A stretch of DNA of 64,000 nucleotides from an uncultured Streptococcus sp. (GTDB lineage: Bacteria; Bacillota; Bacilli; Lactobacillales; Streptococcaceae). The notes under the pieces were generated by a model. It worked only from the letters and a program-made list of their open reading frames with translations, was not told where the DNA came from and did no database searches. Within the stretch, counting starts at the first letter, position 1, and each line of letters opens with the position of its first letter. Shown in pieces: positions 38,094-46,288 of this stretch. The translations under genes were made by a program, and so were the position numbers. The stretch is from positions 35,747 to 99,746 of the forward strand of contig NZ_CABFMF010000033.1 of assembly GCF_901875575.1 (NCBI RefSeq), in the 5' to 3' direction.

Positions 38094-38413
38094 GGATAGA
38101 AAAAGCTCTATTTCAGGAGAAAATGAAGCAAATATTTCTATAATAAAACGCAATCTTTCAGAGGAGATACCGGTTTTTCTTTTTCTAATAAGGAATCTAA
38201 AATTTCTTGCTTTCTCTATCTGTTCAATTGATAGATTTCTTCAGAGAAAGACTGTAACATTTTTGATATAATGTTAAGGATGGACTGACGGATATTTAAA
38301 GGATAATTTTCAAAAGAATAACAGGTGAGAAGAAAAATATGTAAGATTGGATAGAAGTCTCTCTACCATCATCCATGCAGAAACAAGATTATATGAAATA
38401 AAGGAAGTAACCA

Positions 38414-39463
38414 ATGACCGGAAACTATTCAACACGTGAATACCGTGAGAAATTATATGATGATCTTCATGTTCGATTAAGAGATACAGTGATTTTGATG
38501 TGTGCGATTTTTATTGCCTCTATCGGCCTAAATATGAATTCAACAGCTGTCATTATTGGAGCCATGCTGATTTCCCCTCTTATGACACCGATTGTTGGAC
38601 TCGGATTTGGTTTAGCTATTTTTGATACGCGTTTAATCAAGCAATCTCTAGAGGTTTTATTCACCCAAGTATTGGTCAGCTTGCTTGTGTCGACTCTGTA
38701 TTTCTGGATTTCTCCCTTATCTTATGCAAGTAGCGAATTGATTGCACGAACCTCTCCAACCATTTGGGATGTTCTCATTGCTATTGCTGGTGGAATAGCA
38801 GGTGTCATTGGTTCAAGGAAAAAAGAAGCAAATAATATCGTGCCAGGAGTAGCCATTGCAACAGCTCTGATGCCACCTATCTGTACTGCAGGCTATGGTT
38901 TAGCTAATGGAAATGTACGATTTTTATTTGGAGCTCTCTATCTTTTCTTGATCAACTGTGTATTTATCATGCTAATCAACATTGTTGGAACAAGAATTTT
39001 GATGAGAAAATCTCCCTTAAGTTCATTTAAAGAGCTAAATATTAAAATGAGAATTGGGTTGACATCCTTGATTGTATTATTGATTCTTCCAGCCAGCTAT
39101 TCAGCAGTTACTCTGACGATAGAGCAAGCGCGAAAAGAAGGAATTAAACAGTTTGTAGGAAAAGAGTTCGCCAATCACACGGTTATTAATCAAGTCTACA
39201 AGTCAAGGAACAATGAATTGGTCTTAACGGTTGTTGGAGATCCGATTTCAGAAGAAGAATTAGAAACGCTCCACCAAAAACAAGCCTCTTACGGTATTCA
39301 ATCTGTTCAATTGAAAGTCAATCAAGTCCATAATTCGACAAAATTAGACAGTGATACGACCAAAGAATTTTATGAAACCATTAACAAGTATATCGATCAA
39401 AAACTCTCCGAAAAAGATTCACAAAAAGATCTCGTAAAAGAAAATGAAGCAGACAAGGAATGA
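38414..39463 (+). CDS. DUF389-family integral membrane protein
   Basis: 349 aa. Repeated hydrophobic core (IIGAMLISPLMTPIVGLGFGLA..., VPGVAIATALMPPICTAGYGLA) that I recognise from DUF389. Confidence 0.65.
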   Translation: MTGNYSTREYREKLYDDLHVRLRDTVILMCAIFIASIGLNMNSTAVIIGAMLISPLMTPIVGLGFGLAIFDTRLIKQSLEVLFTQVLVSLLVSTLYFWISPLSYASSELIARTSPTIWDVLIAIAGGIAGVIGSRKKEANNIVPGVAIATALMPPICTAGYGLANGNVRFLFGALYLFLINCVFIMLINIVGTRILMRKSPLSSFKELNIKMRIGLTSLIVLLILPASYSAVTLTIEQARKEGIKQFVGKEFANHTVINQVYKSRNNELVLTVVGDPISEEELETLHQKQASYGIQSVQLKVNQVHNSTKLDSDTTKEFYETINKYIDQKLSEKDSQKDLVKENEADKE

Positions 39464-39548
39464 GGATATTGACCTTATCAAACCCATGAAAGCAAATCTT
39501 GTGTGGTGGTTTGACCAATCACTACTAGCTCAGATTAAATAAAATATA

Positions 39549-39581
39549 AAAAAGCAACAGCTGTTTTAGTTGTTGCTTTTT
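39549..39581. terminator. bidirectional terminator between the DUF389 gene and thrS
   Basis: aaaaagcaaca-gctgttttag-tgttgcttttt. Confidence 0.75.
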
Positions 39582-39602
39582 AGGTAGCTAGGATTTTATC
39601 TC

Positions 39603-41546
39603 TTATTTCTCAACTCGTGATTTGTTAGCGATATCAGCTAGGATAGCTTGAACAAAATCATCTACTGAGACAGTTTGTGTTTCTTTTTGGCCATAGCGGC
39701 GAACGTTAACAGTTCCGTCTTCCATTTCCTTGTCCCCAACGATTAATTGGTAAGGAATCTTGCTGGTTTGTGAAGCACGGATCTTGAACTGCATTTTTTC
39801 ATTGCGCTCATCGACATCTGCACGGACACTACGGTCGCGGAGTTTCTTAGCCACTTCCCATGCGTAGTCCACGTGTTTTTCGTTAGATACTGGGATGAGG
39901 GTTACTTGGTGTGGTGCAAGCCATGTTGGGAAGGCACCCTTGTAGTTTTCAATCAAGATAGCAGTGAAGCGTTCCATAGTTGAGATAACCCCACGGTGAA
40001 TCATAACTGGACGGTGCTCTTCGCCATCAGCTCCGATGTATTTGAGGTCGAAGCGTTCTGGAAGCAAGAAGTCAAGCTGGATAGTAGAAAGGGTTTCTTC
40101 TTTGCCAAGGGCAGTCTTAACCTGGATATCCAATTTTGGTCCGTAGAAGGCTGCTTCACCTTCGGCTTCAAAGTAGTCAACACCCATTTCATCAAGGGCT
40201 GCACGAAGCATGGTTTGGGCATTTTCCCACATTTGGTCGTTGTCGAAGTATTTTTCTTTGTCCTCTGGGTCACGAAGAGAGAGGCGGAAGCGGTATTCAT
40301 TCAAGTTGAAATCTTCATAAACATCGATAATCAACTGAAGGGCACGTTGAAATTCTTCTTGGATTTGTTCTGGAGTAACGAAGAGGTGACCGTCGTTGAG
40401 TGACATTTCACGTACACGTTGAAGACCAGTGAGGGCACCAGATTTTTCATAACGGTGCATCATACCGATTTCAGCGATACGGATTGGCAATTCACGGTAA
40501 GAGTGAACATGGTGTTTGAAGACTTGGATGTGGTGCGGGCAGTTCATTGGACGAAGGACAAATTCTTCCCCGTCACCCATGTCCATAGTTGGGAACATGT
40601 CTTCTTGGTAATGATCCCAGTGACCAGAAGTCTTGTAAAGTTCAACAGAAGCAAGTGGTGGAGTGTAGACGTGTTGGTAACCAGAAGCCAACTCTTTGTC
40701 TACGATGTAGCGTTCCAATTCACGACGGATAGTTGCACCATTTGGCAACCAGAATGGAAGTCCTTGACCAACCTCTTGAGAAATCATGAAGAGGTCAAGC
40801 TCTTTACCAAGTTTACGGTGGTCACGTTCCTTAGCTTCTTCACGCATTTGAAGGTAGTTTTTCAAGTCTTTCTTGTCAAACCAAGCTGTACCGTAGATAC
40901 GTTGCATCATAGCGTTGTCGCTATTTCCACGCCAGTATGCACCTGCTACATGGAGAAGGTGGAAGATTTGGATGCGACCTGTTGATGGGACGTGAGGGCC
41001 ACGGCAGAGGTCTACATACTCACCCTGACGATAGATAGTCAAACCGCCTTCGTCTTCTGAGTGTTCTTCAATCAATTCCAACTTGTAAGGGTCGTTCTTG
41101 AAGATTTCACGTGCCTCATCTTTAGTCACTTCTTCACGAATAGATGTGAAGTTTTCTTTGACGATTTTTTGCATTTCTTCTTCGATACGTGGAAGGTCTT
41201 CGTTAGAGATTTGACCAGCAGTATTATCTGTATCGTAATAGAAGCCGTCTTCGATGGCTGGACCAACTCCCAAGTGAATGTCTGGGAAAAGACGACGAGC
41301 TGCTTGGGCAAACAAGTGGGCAGCGGAGTGACGCAAGATTGGAAGGGCATCTTCGTGGTCAGGTGTCACGATTTCAAGGCTACCATCTTCAGTGATAGCA
41401 CGAGTAGTGTCGATGAGTTTGCCGTTGAATTTACCAGCCAAGGCCTTTTTAGCTAGGGAATTGCTGATAGATTGGGCAATTTCAAAAGTTGTTACGCCAG
41501 ATTCGAATTCACGAATAGCGCCATCTGGGAAAGTAATGTTAATCAT
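39603..41546 (-). CDS. thrS: threonine-tRNA ligase
   Basis: TGS domain, editing domain, class II core and anticodon-binding domain. Start moved to ATG 41546 ([17 protein letters not shown]) after AAGGAGAAAA. Confidence 0.95.
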   Translation of the reverse strand: MINITFPDGAIREFESGVTTFEIAQSISNSLAKKALAGKFNGKLIDTTRAITEDGSLEIVTPDHEDALPILRHSAAHLFAQAARRLFPDIHLGVGPAIEDGFYYDTDNTAGQISNEDLPRIEEEMQKIVKENFTSIREEVTKDEAREIFKNDPYKLELIEEHSEDEGGLTIYRQGEYVDLCRGPHVPSTGRIQIFHLLHVAGAYWRGNSDNAMMQRIYGTAWFDKKDLKNYLQMREEAKERDHRKLGKELDLFMISQEVGQGLPFWLPNGATIRRELERYIVDKELASGYQHVYTPPLASVELYKTSGHWDHYQEDMFPTMDMGDGEEFVLRPMNCPHHIQVFKHHVHSYRELPIRIAEIGMMHRYEKSGALTGLQRVREMSLNDGHLFVTPEQIQEEFQRALQLIIDVYEDFNLNEYRFRLSLRDPEDKEKYFDNDQMWENAQTMLRAALDEMGVDYFEAEGEAAFYGPKLDIQVKTALGKEETLSTIQLDFLLPERFDLKYIGADGEEHRPVMIHRGVISTMERFTAILIENYKGAFPTWLAPHQVTLIPVSNEKHVDYAWEVAKKLRDRSVRADVDERNEKMQFKIRASQTSKIPYQLIVGDKEMEDGTVNVRRYGQKETQTVSVDDFVQAILADIANKSRVEK

Positions 41547-41620
41547 GATTTTCTCCTTATATTGGTTATCCATTATTTCTAAAGCAGAAGTGTTTCCCTA
41601 TTTCGCAGTCTTAAATAAAG

Positions 41621-41833
41621 AAAAACAAAAAGCGACATCCTCGAAAGGACGTCGCAACGTGGTTCCACCTTCATTTATGTACAACAAAAACTGTTGACAC
41701 CTCTGATTGGCTCTAACGTAGCCACCGTTTTATGTTTTCATAAAAGTAAGTAGAGTAGTATCAATTTAGACTTTCTATGCGTTTTCAGCAACCACGCACT
41801 CTCTAGTAGAAAGGGGCTAAGTGACTTGTCTCT
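41621..41833 (-). promoter_or_regulatory. T-box riboswitch leader of thrS
   Basis: The minus strand carries AGAGAG..GGTTGCTGAAAACGC (stem I features). It also has the T-box core AAGGTGGAACCACGTTGCG (plus 41654-41673), overlapping the terminator gcgacgtcctttcgaggatgtcgc + TTTTTGTTTTT. Candidate specifier ACU in ..gatACTActc. Confidence 0.8.
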
Positions 41834-41840
41834 ATGGATT

Positions 41841-41868
41841 ATTATAGCATGATTGTGAGATTTTTCAA
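41841..41868 (-). promoter_or_regulatory. promoter of the thrS leader
   Basis: Minus strand: TTGAAA, 16 nt (ending TGC), TATAAT. Confidence 0.55.
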
Positions 41869-42245
41869 GGATTTTGTGAAAGTTTTTTGTTTTTCATTTT
41901 TTGTAGAATACGCTTGATACCAATACCGGAAGCCATACCTATTATGGCAAAGATTTCATAGGCTAGAAAGTAGATAATGCTAAAATCTTGGAAAGGAATG
42001 ATAGTAAAACAAAAGAGTAATAAAATATTGAGTAACCACCGAAGGGAAAAATGAAAATGGTAGCCGTAAAGCAGAGAAACGATGAAGGTTACTAAAGGAG
42101 AAAAAATAAAGATATTTAGAATATAGAGTCCTAGGAGATTGGAGTCGGATGAGAGTAATGAAAATAACTCATAAAGTGGCCAATAAAAGAAAAATATGAC
42201 CAGATAGTAGGGGAGATGGGAATAGAATCGACGCATGATAATCAC
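41865..42245 (-). CDS. small hydrophobic membrane protein (126 aa)
   Basis: 4 hydrophobic segments. No family recognised. Confidence 0.5.
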   Translation of the reverse strand: MIIMRRFYSHLPYYLVIFFFYWPLYELFSLLSSDSNLLGLYILNIFIFSPLVTFIVSLLYGYHFHFSLRWLLNILLLFCFTIIPFQDFSIIYFLAYEIFAIIGMASGIGIKRILQKMKNKKLSQNP

Positions 42246-42320
42246 CTCGTTTAAAAAACAGACAACTTAGGTCTATTGCTATAATTATTATAGCATATTT
42301 AAAACAAGAAAGTAAATTTG

Positions 42321-42349
42321 TTGACAAAGAAGTTAGTTATTGGTAGAAT
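42321..42349 (+). promoter_or_regulatory. rpsO promoter
   Basis: TTGACA (42321-42326), 17 nt, TAGAAT (42344-42349) preceded by TGG. Confidence 0.6.
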
Positions 42350-42439
42350 AAGGATTGTCGTAAAGACAAATAACTTCTTCTTGGTTACAGGCATGCCGAC
42401 CTGTCACTCGGATGAAGCCAAATAAAAAGGAGAAAAATC

Positions 42440-42709
42440 ATGGCAATCTCAAAAGAGAAAAAAAATGAAATCATCGCACAATATGCACGTCACGAAGGTG
42501 ATACAGGTTCAGTAGAGGTTCAAGTTGCTGTCCTTACTTGGGAAATCAACCACCTTAACGAACACATCAAACAACACAAAAAAGACCACGCTACTTACCG
42601 TGGATTGATGAAGAAAATCGGTCGCCGTCGTAACTTGCTTGCATACTTGCGTAAAAACGACGTTAACCGTTACCGTGAGTTGATCAACTCTCTAGGACTT
42701 CGTCGCTAA
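42440..42709 (+). CDS. rpsO: 30S ribosomal protein S15
   Basis: 89 aa. [24 protein letters not shown]... Confidence 0.97.
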   Translation: MAISKEKKNEIIAQYARHEGDTGSVEVQVAVLTWEINHLNEHIKQHKKDHATYRGLMKKIGRRRNLLAYLRKNDVNRYRELINSLGLRR

Positions 42710-42742
42710 TTCAAGATACAAAGGCCGTCAAAAGCACAAAGC

Positions 42743-42797
42743 AAAAAAGATAAAATCTCCTAGAAACTTCAGTTTCTAGGAGATTTTATCTTTTTTG
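42743..42797 (+). terminator. rpsO terminator
   Basis: About 25-bp perfect stem aaaaaagataaaatctcctagaaac / gtttctaggagattttatctttttt. Confidence 0.9.
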
Positions 42798-42900
42798 CCA
42801 AGTACTTAGGCCGTGTTCAATTGAGCATATCTTGATAATGAAGCTACTCTAAATTGGGTAGCTTTTTTACATTGTCACCTTACCTCGATATACTCAAGTA

Positions 42901-42975
42901 TTATCTTCGGTTACGGTTCCTAGCACTGTAAGGTAAAATAAACCAGAATGATCTCCCTTCGGGGAGATTTTTTTG
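42901..42975 (+). ncRNA. candidate small RNA (about 75 nt), unverified
   Basis: Promoter TTTACA (42866-42871), 17 nt, TATACT (42889-42894). About 55 nt downstream lies a strong terminator atctccc-ttcg-gggagat + ttttttt (42951-42975). No ORF. Confidence 0.3.
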
Positions 42976-43034
42976 TTTCACTAAAAATTTTGTACAACCT
43001 TCGCCTCGTTGCCTAGTCTATAAACGTTTTATCC

Positions 43035-43148
43035 AGCAAGAATCATGATGCTAAGGGCGTCAAAAATCCGTATGAAAATAGGGAAAGGATACCGTGTTCG
43101 ATGAACACAAGGAGTTTCATCTTTTTCACTAGGATTTTAGCCCGGGCT
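43035..43148 (-). repeat. inverted copy of the SPRITE-like repeat seen at 12742-12959
   Basis: The reverse complement aligns by eye: ..ccgtatgaaaatagg...ctttttcactaggattttagccc.. versus the reverse complement of 12742-12846. Confidence 0.5.
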
Positions 43149-43181
43149 CAAATCAGCTCTCTGATTTTCAGAGGGCTTTTT
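43125..43181 (+). repeat. 57-bp direct repeat, left copy (brackets the cadD cassette)
   Basis: ttcactaggattttagcccgggctcaaatcagctctctgattttcagagggcttttt. About 55/58 identical to 44219-44276. Confidence 0.85.
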
Positions 43182-43188
43182 CATTAAG

Positions 43189-43289
43189 GTTTTATCGGTC
43201 ACAATTTTGGAGACTGCAAAAACCAATCACTTTGTTAGCTATTAGTTGTGCTTGTTTTATCGGTCACAATTTTGGAGACTACAAAAACC
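43189..43289 (+). repeat. pair of 36-bp direct repeats separated by 29 nt (CRISPR-like geometry)
   Basis: gttttatcggtcacaattttggagactGcaaaaacc (43189-43224) and gttttatcggtcacaattttggagactAcaaaaacc (43254-43289), 35/36 identical. Confidence 0.9.
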
Positions 43290-43587
43290 TCAAATGGTAT
43301 CAGCTAATGACACCATAAAGGTGCGTAGCTACTCGGCTTTTCAAGCCGAGTAGCTGTCTGCAAGCCCCTTCGGAAAGCCCACACTTTACGAAGTAAAGTA
43401 TAGTATGTTATACTTTACATGGAAGTAGTCACCGAATTCCAGTTAGAAATTACTTTGTAACTACGTTTTGAGGAGGAGTAAAATGCTTTCCTATGTTCGA
43501 CATTACCCACTAGCGATAGCTAAATTAATGTGTCTGTGCTCTCCTAAAATCTGCTGATTTATTACTGACCAATACAGGAGGTTTTTT

Positions 43588-44208
43588 ATGGGACAGACAA
43601 TCATATCTGCTATTGGTGTTTATATTTCCACCAGTATCGATTATTTAATTATTTTATTTATTTTATTTGCACAGCTATCACAGAATAAACAAAAATGGCA
43701 TATTTATGCGGGGCAATATCTAGGCACAGGCTTACTTGTAGGGGCGAGTTTAGTTGCTGCTTATGTCGTTAATTTCGTGCCTGAAGAATGGATGGTTGGA
43801 TTGCTTGGTTTAATCCCTATCTATTTAGGGATTCGCTTTGCAATTGTTGGAGAAGGTGAGGAAGAAGAGGAAGAAGAGGAAGAAATTATTGAAAGATTAG
43901 AACAAAGCAAGGCCAATCAACTGTTTTGGACAGTTACATTGCTGACAATTGCGTCTGGCGGAGATAATTTAGGTATCTATATACCTTATTTTGCTTCGTT
44001 AGATTGGTCACAGACCCTCGTGGCGTTGCTTGTGTTTGTAATCGGCATAATTATCTTATGCGAGATTAGTCGGGTGTTATCCTCTATTCCGTTAATATTC
44101 GAGACAATTGAAAAATACGAGCGAATCATTGTGCCCTTAGTATTCATTCTACTTGGACTATACATCATGTATGAAAATGGCACGATAGAGACTTTTCTGA
44201 TCGTGTAG
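43588..44208 (+). CDS. cadD: CadD-family cadmium resistance transporter
   Basis: 206 aa, 5-6 TM. GVYISTSIDYLIILFILF and ASGGDNLGIYIPYF motifs. Central acidic loop EGEEEEEEEEE. RBS CAGGAGG. Confidence 0.8.
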   Translation: MGQTIISAIGVYISTSIDYLIILFILFAQLSQNKQKWHIYAGQYLGTGLLVGASLVAAYVVNFVPEEWMVGLLGLIPIYLGIRFAIVGEGEEEEEEEEEIIERLEQSKANQLFWTVTLLTIASGGDNLGIYIPYFASLDWSQTLVALLVFVIGIIILCEISRVLSSIPLIFETIEKYERIIVPLVFILLGLYIMYENGTIETFLIV

Positions 44209-44218
44209 TTTTTTTTGT

Positions 44219-44276
44219 TTCACTAGGATTTTAGCCCGAGCTCAAATCAGCTCTCTGACTTCAGAGGGCTTTTTAC
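44219..44276 (+). repeat. 57-bp direct repeat, right copy
   Basis: ttcactaggattttagcccgagctcaaatcagctctctgacttcagagggcttttt. Confidence 0.85.
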
Positions 44277-44465
44277 ATTGTTATCTTACCTTGCTATGCT
44301 CAAGCATTATCTTTGCTTATGCTTTCTGGCACTGTATGGAAAAATCAACCATAATTTTTCTGGTTTTAATTGTATTTTTTCCATAGCTTGTTACACAGTT
44401 GAAAATATGGTATACTTTTCATGAGAATTTTCTAAATTTTTAAGATTCTATCAAAGGAGGTTTTC

Positions 44466-45512
44466 ATGCTTTCCAAATTTTCTGGAAGCCGACAAGACCA
44501 GCAATTTGTGTTACTTTTAGTTATTTTGCTAGGTATTTTAGGGATTTCTCTCTTTCTAGCAGTTTCAATGGGATCTGTTGCGATTGATCTAGGAGATACC
44601 TATCGGATTATTTTGAGTAGGTTGGGATTTCCTCTTGAGATAGGAGAGGTTTCCAAGTCGACTCTTGCCATTGTATGGAACATGAGATTCCCCCGAGTAT
44701 TGTTAGGTCTGATAGTGGGGGCTGGTCTTTCTATGTGTGGTAGCGTGATGCAGTCTACAGTGAACAATCCCATCGCAGAGCCTTATGTCTTAGGAATATC
44801 TGCGGGTGCAACTCTAGGAGCAACTCTAAGCATCATTCTTGGTTTAAAAGTGATGATTAGCCTTGGAGCTTTTCTTGGAGCTATTTTGGCAACAATTGCT
44901 GTTCTCATCATTGCCTCTATGCAGGGAAGGATGACGACTTCCAGTCTGATTTTATCAGGAACGGTGGTCAACGCTCTCTTTCTGGCTTTTTCCAACTTTA
45001 TTATCTCAGTCGGCGCTAATGCGGATAGTGTGATGACCATTAAGTTTTGGACCATGGGCTCGCTCGCGGGGACTTCCTGGGCAGACTTGGTCCTGCCAAC
45101 TATAGTAGTAGGAATGGCCTTTCTATTTTTCTCTACCCAGTATCGTGTTTTCAATGCGATGATGATGGGAGATGAGGCTGCTTTAACTTTGGGGATTCCC
45201 TTACGCTTTTATTGGTATCTTTATGTGACAATGGTGGCTGTGCTGACAGCAGTATTAGTGGCAACCTGTGGGATTATTGGATTTGTCGGCCTGATTACTC
45301 CACATTTAGCTCGAGGGTTAGTAGGAACGAATTACAAGAGGCTTTTTCCTGTTGCAACCTTGCTAGGTGCCCTTTTTGTCGTCTGGGCAGACGTACTCTC
45401 TCGTATCATCATTCCAAATGCTGAGTTGCCTATTGGTATTTTCACAGCCTTAGTAGGTGCTCCCTTCTTTATCTACATTGTTGGAGGTAGGCGAAGGGAG
45501 GTGAGGGTCTGA
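44466..45512 (+). CDS. FecCD-family iron-chelate/B12-type ABC permease
   Basis: 348 aa, about 9-10 TM. FPRVLLGLIVGAGLS and TPHLARGLVG motifs. Confidence 0.85.
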   Translation: MLSKFSGSRQDQQFVLLLVILLGILGISLFLAVSMGSVAIDLGDTYRIILSRLGFPLEIGEVSKSTLAIVWNMRFPRVLLGLIVGAGLSMCGSVMQSTVNNPIAEPYVLGISAGATLGATLSIILGLKVMISLGAFLGAILATIAVLIIASMQGRMTTSSLILSGTVVNALFLAFSNFIISVGANADSVMTIKFWTMGSLAGTSWADLVLPTIVVGMAFLFFSTQYRVFNAMMMGDEAALTLGIPLRFYWYLYVTMVAVLTAVLVATCGIIGFVGLITPHLARGLVGTNYKRLFPVATLLGALFVVWADVLSRIIIPNAELPIGIFTALVGAPFFIYIVGGRRREVRV

Positions 45513-45513
45513 T

Positions 45514-46269
45514 ATGGACTTGATTTGTCAGGACATCCATTTTGGACTAGGGGAGAAAAAAATCCTCAAAGGAGTCTCTCTTAAGGTTGAAGGGAATCAA
45601 TTTCACACGATATTAGGACCAAATGGAAGCGGGAAAACCAGTCTACTTAAACTTCTCTATCGTCAGGAAAAGGCGGACAAAGGCTTGATAAGTCTAGATG
45701 GGAAACCTCTTGAACAATGGACAATCAAAGAAACAGCCAAGCAAATGGCAGTTGTCACCCAGTTTAATCAGCTGCAGTTTGATTGTACAGTTGAGGAAAT
45801 CGTCTTGCTGGGAAGAACTCCCCACCTCTCTTTTTTACAGAAGGAAAGGGAAAGAGATTTTACACTCGTTCAAGATGCCCTTGTTAAGGTGGATATGCTT
45901 GAGAAGAAAACTCGTCTCTATTCGTCTCTGTCAGGGGGAGAGAAACAACGAGTCTTATTAGCCCGAGCCTTGGCGCAAGAACCGACTCTCTTGCTCCTGG
46001 ACGAACCAACCAATCACTTGGATATCAAGTATCAGCTAGACTTGTTGGCCATTGTGAAAAATCTCAAGGTCAATGTTCTAGCTGTCCTACATGATATTCA
46101 ACTTGCTTGTCGCTATTCGGATTATCTCTATCTGATGAAAGAGGGGGAAATCCTTTACCAAGGGACTCCAAAGGAGACCATCACCCCTGAGTCATTGCAA
46201 ACTGTATACGGAGTTCAAAGTCAGGTGAATTGGACCGAGGATCAGCAAGCTATGATTCACTATTTATAA
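45514..46269 (+). CDS. iron-chelate ABC transporter ATP-binding protein
   Basis: Walker A GPNGSGKTS, signature LSGGEKQR, Walker B LLLLDEPTNHLD. Confidence 0.88.
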   Translation: MDLICQDIHFGLGEKKILKGVSLKVEGNQFHTILGPNGSGKTSLLKLLYRQEKADKGLISLDGKPLEQWTIKETAKQMAVVTQFNQLQFDCTVEEIVLLGRTPHLSFLQKERERDFTLVQDALVKVDMLEKKTRLYSSLSGGEKQRVLLARALAQEPTLLLLDEPTNHLDIKYQLDLLAIVKNLKVNVLAVLHDIQLACRYSDYLYLMKEGEILYQGTPKETITPESLQTVYGVQSQVNWTEDQQAMIHYL

Positions 46270-46288
46270 GAATGAAAAGGAAAACAAG

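Noticed and set aside
37456-38321. The 13-bp direct repeat ttttcaaaagaat on both sides of the integrase remnant, as a possible att duplication.
   Set aside because: A 13-mer match in AT-rich DNA is expected by chance many times in 64 kb. There is no supporting extended identity.
38262-38413. Roughly 140-nt leader after a TGATATAAT promoter upstream of the DUF389 gene. I considered it as a riboswitch.
   Set aside because: Only a short complementary pair (ggatgg/ccatcc) was seen, and no known riboswitch core. The evidence is insufficient.
39996-41697. Plus-strand ORFs of 100-188 aa opposite thrS and its leader.
   Set aside because: They are antisense to a conserved tRNA ligase and to the T-box leader, and their composition is typical of reverse-frame translation.
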